IMG/VR virus record: IMGVR_UViG_3300025294_000001 | Reading direction: 5' to 3' (one strand) | DNA length: 62,157 nt | From: a virus | Shown: piece after piece, positions 27,935 to 35,800 of the stretch | Numbering within the stretch: position 1 is the first letter of the stretch | Layout: each line of letters starts with the position of its first letter | Translations under genes and position numbers: made by a program | Notes under the pieces: generated by a model | Seen by the model: the letters and a program-made list of their open reading frames with translations, nothing else | Told to the model about the DNA's origin: nothing | Databases searched by the model: none

Positions 27935-27936
27935 GA

Positions 27937-28776
27937 ATGAAGTATGATTCTCGTAACCGAACTAACTTAAACAAGCTAGGTGACCGTTCTAAGGTACTAG
28001 CTTACAAGTGGTATCAATACTGCTTAGACCACGGAATTGAAGTTTTAATTTATGAAACTATCCGTACTGTGGAACAACAACGTGAAAACGTAAATAAAGG
28101 TGCTTCCCAAACAATGAAGTCATATCACATTGTAGGACAAGCCCTTGACTTTGTACCAATCAAATCTAATGGCTTAGAAGACTGGAACGGCTACAATAAA
28201 GAACCGTGGGCTTCTGCTATCCGTTACGCTAAACAGATTGGTATTGAATGGGGTGGAGACTGGAAAGGCTTTGTTGACAGCCCTCACTTACAGTTCAATT
28301 TAAACGGCTATGGCACAGATACATTTAACGGCAAAGGTTCAGCACCATCTACGCCTTCAACTGGTACTGGTACTAGTACTAATGTTGGTAATGGTATCGG
28401 TGTTGCTACTGTAACTGCTGATGTATTAAATGTTCGTTCTGCACCTAGTACTTCTGCTACTATCGTGAAGAAAGTTAAGCAAGGTGAAGCATATGAAACA
28501 TTCGGCTATAAAGATGGTTTCCTTAACGTAGGAGGTAACCAGTGGATTAGTGCTGAGTTTGTTTCATTCGTACCTAAAGAACAGCCAAAGCCAAAACCTG
28601 AATACAGCGTAGGCGTTATTACAGGTGATGTGTGGTTACACAGCACACCTGATTTTAATGATTCAAGCCGTGTACGTGTCCTGAAAAAAGGCGAGTCGTA
28701 CAAGGTTTGGGGTGAAGCTAATGGCATGTATGCTATTGGTGGATACGTCTCTAAGAAATATATGAATCTACAATAA
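27937..28776 (+). CDS. endolysin: M15 (VanY-type, L-Ala-D-Glu peptidase-like) domain plus two SH3b domains
   Basis: SYHIVGQALD...SPHLQF zinc-peptidase motifs, a T/G/S linker, and two SH3b-like repeats (VLNVRSAPS..., VWLHSTPDF...). Confidence 0.85.
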   Translation: MKYDSRNRTNLNKLGDRSKVLAYKWYQYCLDHGIEVLIYETIRTVEQQRENVNKGASQTMKSYHIVGQALDFVPIKSNGLEDWNGYNKEPWASAIRYAKQIGIEWGGDWKGFVDSPHLQFNLNGYGTDTFNGKGSAPSTPSTGTGTSTNVGNGIGVATVTADVLNVRSAPSTSATIVKKVKQGEAYETFGYKDGFLNVGGNQWISAEFVSFVPKEQPKPKPEYSVGVITGDVWLHSTPDFNDSSRVRVLKKGESYKVWGEANGMYAIGGYVSKKYMNLQ

Positions 28777-28818
28777 CTTTAATATTAGTACTAGTATTAA
28801 TACCAAAGTTAGTATTGG
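28775..28818. repeat. palindromic-hexamer repeat block A
   Basis: AACTTTAATATTAGTACTAGTATTAATACCAAAGTTAGTATTGG, between the endolysin and holin genes. Confidence 0.7.
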
Positions 28819-28828
28819 AGGTGAAACT

Positions 28829-29026
28829 ATGTTAAAGAAAGTTATGACACGTTTAAAAAATCCTAAGGTTGTAACGGCTGTTGTATCAGGCGTTCTTATG
28901 ATTCTAGTAAACACTGGTGTTATTGATATGGACATGTCTGCAAAGGCTATGGACATTACTAACACTGTATTAGGACTTGGTGTTACTGTCGGTATCTTTG
29001 GTAACCCTGAATCGCATATCGAATAG
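28829..29026 (+). CDS. holin (two TM segments)
   Basis: 65 aa, two hydrophobic segments, directly after the endolysin gene with SD GGAGGTG. Confidence 0.65.
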   Translation: MLKKVMTRLKNPKVVTAVVSGVLMILVNTGVIDMDMSAKAMDITNTVLGLGVTVGIFGNPESHIE

Positions 29027-29035
29027 TAAGAAGGA

Positions 29036-29068
29036 AGCCCACTGTAAAAGGTGGGCTATTCTTTTTTT
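29036..29068. terminator. bidirectional terminator between convergent lysis and rep genes
   Basis: Stem AGCCCAC/GTGGGCT flanked by an A-rich 5' side and a T-run on the 3' side. Confidence 0.75.
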
Positions 29069-29071
29069 GTC

Positions 29072-30004
29072 TTAGAACGGTAAGTCGTCATTGTTGAACG
29101 CTGGTTTCGTCCCATCATCTTCTAAGAAGTTGTATAGCTTAACTTGTGGCTGGAATGCTGGTTCTTCTGCTACTGGTTCTACTGGTGCTGTAATAGGGTA
29201 ATAAACTGTTGGAACTAGTTTCATAGTCGTAGAAATGAATGCACCTGTTTTATGTATGTCCTCAGTGTATGTAGCAAGCTGTTTAAATACGAAACACATT
29301 TGATTATAGGGTACTGTATCCACGTTCTTATTGACCCATTTGATAACAACATTGAGGTCAACTTTATTCTCTATCATTTTAGCTTTCCAATATTCGAACT
29401 CAGAAATAACAATAGGATTAACGTTTTCATTAAACGCTACTTCCTCTGTCTTCTTAACAGGCTTAGGTTCTTCTTTCGGTAAGTCCTGCATATCTTTAGG
29501 TAAATCGGCTTCAACTACCTCAGGGACGTCTTGTTTCTTAGGGCGTCCACCCTTCTTAGTGAAGTCAAACTTTTCTTCTGTACGCTTTTCCCACTCACGA
29601 ATTTTTACCAATGGCTTTAATAAATTAGTGTCGTCATTTAAAGGTGACTCAAATACAATAACATTCTGAAATGCATTACCGTCCTGTATGTACTCTATGT
29701 AATCAATGAATCCGTACTCATATAAAGGCTTTAATAGTTTAATTAGTGTCGGTTTAGATACCCCTAATTTCTTAGCTAGTAATTGCTGGCTGTACTTAAC
29801 CGTATCTTTACCGTTCTTACGGTCAACCATAGTTAATAGCTTTAACCACATACAGAATGACTTTTCGCCAATCTTTTCAAACCAATCATCTACGGTTACA
29901 AAGTGCATAATTGGTAGGTTTAATTGGTGGCGTGTTTTTGTAGCCTTCTCGAAAGTCATTGTTCCTTCTGCTTCTGTTACTGGTGCTAGTGTATCGTTTG
30001 TCAT
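29072..30004 (-). CDS. replication initiator-like winged-helix protein (RepA_N-like)
   Basis: FCMWLKLLTMVDRKNGKDTVKYSQQLLAKKLGVSKPTLIKLLKPLYEYGFIDY fits the plasmid RepA_N / DnaD-type wHTH pattern. Transcribed away from the iterons at 30320. Confidence 0.55.
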   Translation of the reverse strand: MTNDTLAPVTEAEGTMTFEKATKTRHQLNLPIMHFVTVDDWFEKIGEKSFCMWLKLLTMVDRKNGKDTVKYSQQLLAKKLGVSKPTLIKLLKPLYEYGFIDYIEYIQDGNAFQNVIVFESPLNDDTNLLKPLVKIREWEKRTEEKFDFTKKGGRPKKQDVPEVVEADLPKDMQDLPKEEPKPVKKTEEVAFNENVNPIVISEFEYWKAKMIENKVDLNVVIKWVNKNVDTVPYNQMCFVFKQLATYTEDIHKTGAFISTTMKLVPTVYYPITAPVEPVAEEPAFQPQVKLYNFLEDDGTKPAFNNDDLPF

Positions 30005-30058
30005 TTTAAATTCCTTCTTCCTGTCGTATAGTGACGAGAAAAAAAGAACGAATTTACC

Positions 30059-30087
30059 TTGTCTTAGAAGCCTTTATGTATTATAAT
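30059..30087 (+). promoter_or_regulatory. candidate promoter for an antisense RNA against the rep leader
   Basis: TTGTCT-17 nt-TATAAT on the + strand, inside the 5' UTR of the reverse-strand rep gene. Confidence 0.45.
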
Positions 30088-30093
30088 TAGGGC

Positions 30094-30191
30094 ATAACTA
30101 AATAAGCAATCTTCTTGTCGGAAGATAAATTCGTTCTAAGCACTCACCTTTGAAGTTCGCCAAAACTTCATGTTACAGGTGGGTGTTTTTT
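30094..30191 (+). ncRNA. candidate ~100-nt countertranscript antisense to the rep mRNA leader
   Basis: Bounded by the + strand promoter (30059-30087) and a compound terminator hairpin (outer stem 30141-49/30177-85, inner stem TGAAGTT/AACTTCA) followed by T6. No ORF. Confidence 0.4.
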
Positions 30192-30203
30192 CGTCTTGTC
30201 CTA

Positions 30204-30232
30204 AATATAAACCATGTTGAAATATCCGTCAA
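30204..30232 (-). promoter_or_regulatory. host-type promoter of the rep gene
   Basis: Minus strand reads TTGACG-17 nt-TATATT. The operator-like palindrome 30241-30256 lies just upstream of the -35 box. Confidence 0.5.
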
Positions 30233-30240
30233 TACCTGAT

Positions 30241-30256
30241 TTACGATATACGGTAA
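30241..30256. promoter_or_regulatory. operator-like 16-bp imperfect palindrome TTACGATATACGGTAA (copy 1)
   Basis: Identical 16-mers occur at 47178-47193 (inverted) and 58478-58493. Half-sites occur near 12058 and 55847. Confidence 0.55.
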
Positions 30257-30319
30257 AATTATTTTATGAAAGTATTTCCACCTTTATCACGGGGTTATAG
30301 CAAAGTTATCCACAGGTAG

Positions 30320-30441
30320 GGGTAGTTAAAATAATTTTACTAGGGTAGTTAAAGAAAATTAACTAGGTCTAGGGTAGTTAAAATAATTTTACTCAGGGTA
30401 GTTAAAAAAACTTTACTCAGGGTAGTTAAGAAAATTTTACT
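30320..30441. repeat. five iterons, GGGTAGTTAA(A/G)AAAATTTTACT
   Basis: Copies start at 30320, 30343, 30372, 30396 and 30420 (23-29 bp period). Confidence 0.85.
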
Positions 30442-30443
30442 CT

Positions 30444-30515
30444 AATAATGTATCAAATTAATAAATCAATAATGTATCAAATTAATAAATCAATAATGTA
30501 TCAAATTAATAATTA
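30444..30515. repeat. three near-perfect 24-bp tandem repeats, AATAATGTATCAAATTAATAAATC (AT-rich)
   Basis: Copies start at 30444, 30468 and 30492, directly abutting the iteron array. Origin-like architecture. Confidence 0.85.
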
Positions 30516-30612
30516 AATCTCTCTCGTAAATTTTGGCTGCTAAAGTTATAATGAACTGAGGGAGAGAAATACATAAGCAACTATTTTATGATCTTCAAGG
30601 GGGAATTTATTA

Positions 30613-30837
30613 ATGGATATTGAAAAATTCAATAGCGTATTAGAAACACCGTACATGAATGTGGCTGAAAAACATGCATTTATTATAGGCATGGGGCTAT
30701 CAAAGGGGATTAAGATTAAACACATGCTAGTGTACATACAACTTGAATGGACTGGTAAACTACAAGATTTAGATAATAAAGCACTATTACAGCAAGTAAT
30801 AGCGGATACTGATGAACTGGCTTCTACCTTAGGGTAG
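30613..30837 (+). CDS. hypothetical protein
   Basis: 74-aa ORF, SD AAGGGGG, terminator at its 3' end. Confidence 0.55.
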   Translation: MDIEKFNSVLETPYMNVAEKHAFIIGMGLSKGIKIKHMLVYIQLEWTGKLQDLDNKALLQQVIADTDELASTLG

Positions 30838-30848
30838 AGGCTTTTTTT
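30821..30848 (+). terminator. rho-independent terminator
   Basis: Stem CTTCTACC/GGTAGAGG (one G-U pair) followed by T7. Confidence 0.65.
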
Positions 30849-30876
30849 GTGTCTTTTTTATTAATCACAATTCCAA

Positions 30877-30913
30877 TGTCCTAAAACAAGGGATTAATGC
30901 AAGTACCTAAGTG
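30877..30913 (+). promoter_or_regulatory. phage-specific promoter, class M, copy 4
   Basis: TGTCCTAAAA-N11-TGCAAGTACCTAAGTG, 21-nt offset. Confidence 0.6.
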
Positions 30914-30940
30914 TAAGGGAAATTGAAAGGATGATTAATA

Positions 30941-31822
30941 ATGACAGACAGCTTATTTTCAGTATCACATGACCAAGAACTTAATTTAGGTAACGGCAAA
31001 ACTATAAACAATGTGTATGTACGTGTTTATACGTCCCTCTTTACGTCAGGATTGGTCGCTAGAATGGGTTCTAATAGGTTTACTACCCTAATGGCTTTAG
31101 CCTCTTATATGGACGCACAGGGCGAATGTTACCCTACTCAAATTCAATTAGCTGATGCAATTGGTGTTCACAAGAATACTGTAAACAAATATATCAATGA
31201 ATTACTAGATTTTACAATTGACGATAAACCTCTTGTTACTAGAACAAAGATAAATCGTGGTCAAGGTAAAATATCAAGCTATTACAAGATTCACCCACTA
31301 TCTCAATTAGCTAAGTTCAGTGGAACGATTGAAGAGGTTAATACCAAAACTACTGATTCGCTAATCACAAAGGGAAGTGATGAACTAATCCCTACCAACT
31401 GTGACGTAATAAAAGTCACTAATAATAATCAATTAATAAATAATACTGACGTATTAGAAGTCACTAATTCTAGTAACGCTATTAAGTACTTTCAACAGGT
31501 ATACAGAGAGACATATGACGTTAACTATACAGTGAGTAATTACGGACGTGAAGGTAAGATCATAAAAGATAAAGTACTAACGCCTTATCCTGAAATAGCT
31601 AAAGAGATTATTAGATTAGCTGTTACAAAGTATGACGAGTTATTCAAGAATGCACGTTACCCACGACCTAGCGTTGCTATGTTTAGTTGGGCTGTTAATC
31701 AAATCATTCCAATGATTGAAGAGGAACAACAGGTGATTGAAGTGGCTTCACAGTCAAACGAATTAGAGGACGAGGCTGAAAAACGCATGTTAGAACGTAT
31801 GAACAAGTTAGGAGGTATGTAA
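30941..31822 (+). CDS. replication organizer / initiator-like wHTH protein (DnaD-like)
   Basis: FTTLMALASYMDAQGECYPTQIQLADAIGVHKNTVNKYINELLDF wHTH. Directly upstream of the loader and helicase genes. Confidence 0.55.
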   Translation: MTDSLFSVSHDQELNLGNGKTINNVYVRVYTSLFTSGLVARMGSNRFTTLMALASYMDAQGECYPTQIQLADAIGVHKNTVNKYINELLDFTIDDKPLVTRTKINRGQGKISSYYKIHPLSQLAKFSGTIEEVNTKTTDSLITKGSDELIPTNCDVIKVTNNNQLINNTDVLEVTNSSNAIKYFQQVYRETYDVNYTVSNYGREGKIIKDKVLTPYPEIAKEIIRLAVTKYDELFKNARYPRPSVAMFSWAVNQIIPMIEEEQQVIEVASQSNELEDEAEKRMLERMNKLGGM

Positions 31823-31824
31823 GT

Positions 31825-32601
31825 ATGGAGACGAAAGACAGTGTATGTAAGTTAGCCCCATTTTGTAAAGTGGCTGGCAAGGAAGGTTTCTGTAATGCCA
31901 TTTGTTCTCCATACTTGCTACTACATGGAGAGGGTGAAGGTGGGCTTTGGAAGGCAACGAATGTACCGCCTAAATATAAAAACTCATTCTTTGCTACTCT
32001 ACCAATCAAACAAGATAATCCTATTGCACATACTTTTATCAAGTCATATACAGCTAATGTACTAGAAAACGTACAGAACGGTGTGGGACTATTCTTTTAC
32101 AGCATACCAAACGTTCATAACCGCTTAGGTACTGGAACAGGTAAAACAACAAGTGCTGTAGCTATTCTTCATGAGTACCTATTAGCACGAGTTAAGGAAC
32201 AGTCAAAAGGTGGACGTGTTATTTCTACGAACCCTGCCTTGTTCTATAAAGCTAGTGAATTTCAAACATTATACAATTCACAGTTTCGTGGAACATTTGA
32301 AATGCAAGAAAAAGCAAGTCTCAGATACTACAAGGTTAAGTCATTGCTTATGAAGGCTGAAATGTTGGTACTGGACGATATAGGTATTCGACAAAAGATA
32401 ACGGACGCATTCGAAAACGAACTGACAGAAATTATCGACGCACGAGACAGCAAAATGCTTATGACTATTTACACATCAAACTTACCAGTAGAGAAACTGG
32501 CTGAGACATTAGGGGAACGTATTGCTTCACGTATTGAAGGAATGACCGAACCTGTTTCATTCAAAGGCAAAGATCATAGAAAAGGCGGTATCCTGAAATG
32601 A
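31825..32601 (+). CDS. DnaC/IstB-like AAA+ helicase loader with a Cys-rich N-terminus
   Basis: Walker A GTGTGKTT, Walker B LVLDDIG. N-terminal C-x6-C-x8-C-x3-C cluster. Confidence 0.75.
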   Translation: METKDSVCKLAPFCKVAGKEGFCNAICSPYLLLHGEGEGGLWKATNVPPKYKNSFFATLPIKQDNPIAHTFIKSYTANVLENVQNGVGLFFYSIPNVHNRLGTGTGKTTSAVAILHEYLLARVKEQSKGGRVISTNPALFYKASEFQTLYNSQFRGTFEMQEKASLRYYKVKSLLMKAEMLVLDDIGIRQKITDAFENELTEIIDARDSKMLMTIYTSNLPVEKLAETLGERIASRIEGMTEPVSFKGKDHRKGGILK

Positions 32602-33851
32602 TAGAATCACAATTACTTTCAAAGATTATTGACGAGAACAGTTTTTACGCAATGACAAAATACAATGTGAACGGTGCGGACTTTGAGGCATACCCACATG
32701 TTTATCAATATATTAAAGATTATGTACAGGACTATCAGCAAACACCTGACTATCGAAACGTGGTTGCTAAATTTGAAGACTTTGATTATAGCCCTGATGT
32801 AACGGACTCATACGCTTACCTTTGCAAAACTATTAAAGGTCAATCAGCTAAACGTAAGGCTGTTATGAAACTTGCAAAGATTAACGAGAACTTCAAAAAT
32901 ATGAACGGTACTGAGTTTGCTACATGGCTTAAAGAAGAGGCGGTGTCTTTAGAGGCATTAGCTAGTTCTAGTTCCTCAACAGCTACAAACTACGCTGTGA
33001 ACGGACACGAACGTAAAGAGTGGTATAACGAGAATAAGGAGAACCGAACATACAGCTACATTCCTACGCCTTATAACACGCTGACAAGTTGGTTAGGCGG
33101 TGGCTTTGAATTAGGTGATTATATTTTACTTATGGCATATACCAACAAAGGTAAGTCATGGATTGGTTCACATATCGGAAACGTGGCACATACAAGTGGA
33201 TTCGGTGTACTTCACTATTCACCTGAGTTAAGCAAAAAGCAACAAGTGTACCGGAACGATACTTTACGAGGTCATTTTGATAACGTGAAAATCAGACGAG
33301 GTACTTTGGACAATGAACAAGAGTACTTAGAGTACCTTGACACGTTCAACGAGAAGAACGAAATCCCTTACTATATCAAAACTATGGAAGACCTACCAAA
33401 CGGCTTATCGGCTGATGTAATTGAGGCTGACTTGCAAATGTATGGAGATAAAATTGGAATGGTCATTATTGACGGATTCAACCTTATGAAGTTCCCTAAA
33501 ATTGGTCGTGACGGAATGAGTGCTACTTCAAGACAGTTACGTCAAATCTTTGGTCGTCATAAAGTAGCTGGTCTAGTAATTCACCAAACACCTACAAGTG
33601 CTGAGAAAGAGTCACGAGTGGACGAGGATGAATTAGAAGTAGAATTACCAGTACCACAGGTAACAGACTACTCAGAAACAATTGCTGTAGTACAGGATTC
33701 AGCGACGGTACTCACGTTCAATCAGAAGGACGGACGAGGACGTTTACTACTCGCTAAATGCCGTGAACCGCATGTAGGAAAGTCACTGGACTTACGCTGT
33801 AACTTTAATATGGGATGGATTACAGAGGCGTCACCAGTGGATTACTTTTAA
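32598..33851 (+). CDS. DnaB-like replicative helicase
   Basis: Walker A AYTNKGKSW, Walker B MVIIDGFNLM. ATGA coupling to the loader gene. Confidence 0.75.
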   Translation: MIESQLLSKIIDENSFYAMTKYNVNGADFEAYPHVYQYIKDYVQDYQQTPDYRNVVAKFEDFDYSPDVTDSYAYLCKTIKGQSAKRKAVMKLAKINENFKNMNGTEFATWLKEEAVSLEALASSSSSTATNYAVNGHERKEWYNENKENRTYSYIPTPYNTLTSWLGGGFELGDYILLMAYTNKGKSWIGSHIGNVAHTSGFGVLHYSPELSKKQQVYRNDTLRGHFDNVKIRRGTLDNEQEYLEYLDTFNEKNEIPYYIKTMEDLPNGLSADVIEADLQMYGDKIGMVIIDGFNLMKFPKIGRDGMSATSRQLRQIFGRHKVAGLVIHQTPTSAEKESRVDEDELEVELPVPQVTDYSETIAVVQDSATVLTFNQKDGRGRLLLAKCREPHVGKSLDLRCNFNMGWITEASPVDYF

Positions 33852-33860
33852 TTTAAAGTT

Positions 33861-33897
33861 GGTACTGATACTGATATTGGTATTAGTACCTTTTTTA
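33861..33897 (+). terminator. rho-independent terminator built from palindromic-hexamer repeats
   Basis: Stem GGTACTGATAC/GTATTAGTACC (one G-U pair) followed by T6. Confidence 0.65.
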
Positions 33898-33899
33898 TT

Positions 33900-33936
33900 T
33901 GTCCCAAAATAAGTGATTAATGCAAGTAATTAATTG
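33900..33936 (+). promoter_or_regulatory. phage-specific promoter, class M, copy 5
   Basis: TGTCCCAAAA-N11-TGCAAGTAATTAATTG, 21-nt offset. Confidence 0.55.
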
Positions 33937-33947
33937 AGGTGATTGAA

Positions 33948-34100
33948 ATGATTGTAAGAAGACATAAAAACAAGGCTTACTCATGTAGTGAGTGCCGAGA
34001 CACGGCTGATTTTAGAATTTGGATAAGTCTTACACGAATTAATTTATGTACAAAATGCTTCACAGAATTAAAAGAGAAAATCGGAAGATTTATTTATTAG
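33948..34100 (+). CDS. small zinc-ribbon protein (50 aa, below the ORF-track cutoff)
   Basis: SD GAGGTGA, ATG 33948. Paired CSEC...CTKC motifs. Confidence 0.5.
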   Translation: MIVRRHKNKAYSCSECRDTADFRIWISLTRINLCTKCFTELKEKIGRFIY

Positions 34101-34113
34101 AGAGGTGAGAGAA

Positions 34114-34305
34114 ATGATAGGGAAAACAGTTTATGTAAAGTTCGGCAAGCATCACGGAAAACAAGGAACTATTGTAAGGGAAACAACTAAAAAGGGCGAA
34201 CTAGCCTTTGTACTATTAATAGGCGGTAATCACGTTATAAAGAAACAAAAGAATGTTGTTTTCTTTGGTGGGGTGCAAAAGAATGATAACCATTTATCGA
34301 AATGA
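34114..34305 (+). CDS. hypothetical small basic protein
   Basis: ATG 34114, in frame with track ORF 34105, after the SD AGAGGTGAG. Confidence 0.45.
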   Translation: MIGKTVYVKFGKHHGKQGTIVRETTKKGELAFVLLIGGNHVIKKQKNVVFFGGVQKNDNHLSK

Positions 34306-35239
34306 GGTCTATTATGACCTGAATGTAGATATTGCTGAGGAACTAGGGTATTACGATTGGCACAGGGCAAGACCTAAGGGAGAGGAAATGGTTGCATGTT
34401 CACCATTCCGTGACGAGTCGTCGCCTTCATTCTCTATCAATTTAGAAACTGGACTATGGATTGACTTTGGTTCTAACCATGATCTTTACGGTAGAGGTGG
34501 GTTAGTAACTCTATTATCATTCCTGAGAAATGAGACGCCCCTTGAAGTAGAGGATTACTTATTAGAGAAGTACGGTATAGATTTAAGCGACACGGATAAA
34601 CTTGAACTTAATGTTAACTTTGATACTAGTACTAAAGTTGATACTATTATTAGTACTGAGGATTACCAGCCGTATGCGTACCGTTCGCCTTACCTTGCTG
34701 GACGTGGAATAAGTGAGAAGGTGCAACGTGCTTTTAAGGTTGGTTATGATAGAAAGTCAAAGGCGGTAGCTTTAGCGTGGCATGATGTAAAAGGGAACAT
34801 GGTTAATATCAAGTTCCGTTCTATCAATTCAAAAATATTCTACTACTACCCAACAGGGCAACAGCTAAGAAACCACATTTACGGAATGCACTTCATTTAC
34901 AAGTTGAAACCTGACACTGTTTTTCTAGTGGAATCAGAAATAGACTGTTTGTATTTATGGTCGATTGGCGTTCCTGCAATTGCATTAGGTGGAAGTAAGA
35001 TCAGTGAGAAGAGAAAGCAACTTTTATTACGATGTCCTGCAAAGCGAATTGTTCTAGCAACGGACAATGACAAAGTAGGTAACGAAATAAGGGATAAGGT
35101 TACTAAGTTACTAGTTGGGTACAAGGAACTATATGAGATTAAGATTCCTGAAAACTACAATGACGTGAACGATGTACCGCCTGAAATATTAAAAAGGGTT
35201 TGCGACAATGCAACCCCTGTAAACTTAATACTATTCTAG
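34283..35239 (+). CDS. DNA primase (zinc-finger-like N-terminus plus Toprim domain)
   Basis: CSPFRDESSPSFSIN resembles the DnaG-type zinc-binding motif. Toprim acidic motifs VESEID and ATDNDKVGNE. ATG 34283 follows the SD GGTGGGG. Confidence 0.75.
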   Translation: MITIYRNEVYYDLNVDIAEELGYYDWHRARPKGEEMVACSPFRDESSPSFSINLETGLWIDFGSNHDLYGRGGLVTLLSFLRNETPLEVEDYLLEKYGIDLSDTDKLELNVNFDTSTKVDTIISTEDYQPYAYRSPYLAGRGISEKVQRAFKVGYDRKSKAVALAWHDVKGNMVNIKFRSINSKIFYYYPTGQQLRNHIYGMHFIYKLKPDTVFLVESEIDCLYLWSIGVPAIALGGSKISEKRKQLLLRCPAKRIVLATDNDKVGNEIRDKVTKLLVGYKELYEIKIPENYNDVNDVPPEILKRVCDNATPVNLILF

Positions 35240-35241
35240 CA

Positions 35242-35277
35242 AATCCTAGTCTATAAAATGACTGGGATTTTCTTTTT
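35242..35277 (+). terminator. rho-independent terminator
   Basis: 10-bp stem AATCCTAGTC/GACTGGGATT followed by a T-run. Confidence 0.7.
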
Positions 35278-35725
35278 ATATCAAGGGTTTTGCCTTCATG
35301 CAAAATTTATTTTCTACCAATGTTTGGAGTGGTCAGACAACTAAACGTCAGACGTGTCAACGTTCAACGATTTAGACAGATAAACAAATAAAGTGAAACC
35401 TCGTGAGGTTCACTGTTTTCCCCTATTTACACCTACTCACCTACGTTATATACTCAATAGTGTACTACACGAGGTTACAAGATAATACCCACGATTACAG
35501 TGTGCGACACAGTTCGACACGATTCGACAAACTACAAGGTCGAACCTTCCCAACTGTCGCAAAAACTCAGGACAAACAACCTAATAAAAAAATGAGGTCT
35601 ATTCATAGGCTTGTTTAGTTATGCCTTTTTCAAGGCATTTCTCCTTAGCCCCTTTATGCCCTTTTTACCGAACGTGTGTTCTATTTTAGGTTAAAAAATT
35701 TTAATTAAAAAACTTTTGTCCTGCA

Positions 35726-35762
35726 TGTCCTAATCCGTGTCCTATCTGCAAGTACCTAAGTG
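35726..35762 (+). promoter_or_regulatory. phage-specific promoter, class M, copy 6 (triple TGTCCT boxes)
   Basis: TGTCCTAATC-N11-TGCAAGTACCTAAGTG, 21-nt offset. Extra TGTCCT boxes at 35717 and 35738. Confidence 0.6.
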
Positions 35763-35800
35763 TAAAGCAAATAAAACACTACAAAGGTGGAAACAAAACT

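Noticed and set aside
29252-30086. + strand ORFs 29252..29482, 29331..29669 and 29706..30086, antisense to the rep-like gene
   Set aside because: They are shadow ORFs opposite a gene with a convincing wHTH. They lie between a bidirectional terminator and the rep start and have no SDs.
30320-30515. Repeat arrays at 30320-30515 considered as a possible mini CRISPR array
   Set aside because: The units are contiguous or separated by only a few bases, so there are no spacer-sized unique segments. They are AT-rich, flanked by replication genes, and there are no cas genes. The iteron/origin interpretation fits better.
35403-35618. ORF 35403..35618 (71 aa) in the non-coding region before the sigma-like gene
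   Set aside because: It starts with GTG inside a strong hairpin, has no SD, and gives an odd Y/T/H/R-rich translation. I treat the region as regulatory or non-coding.
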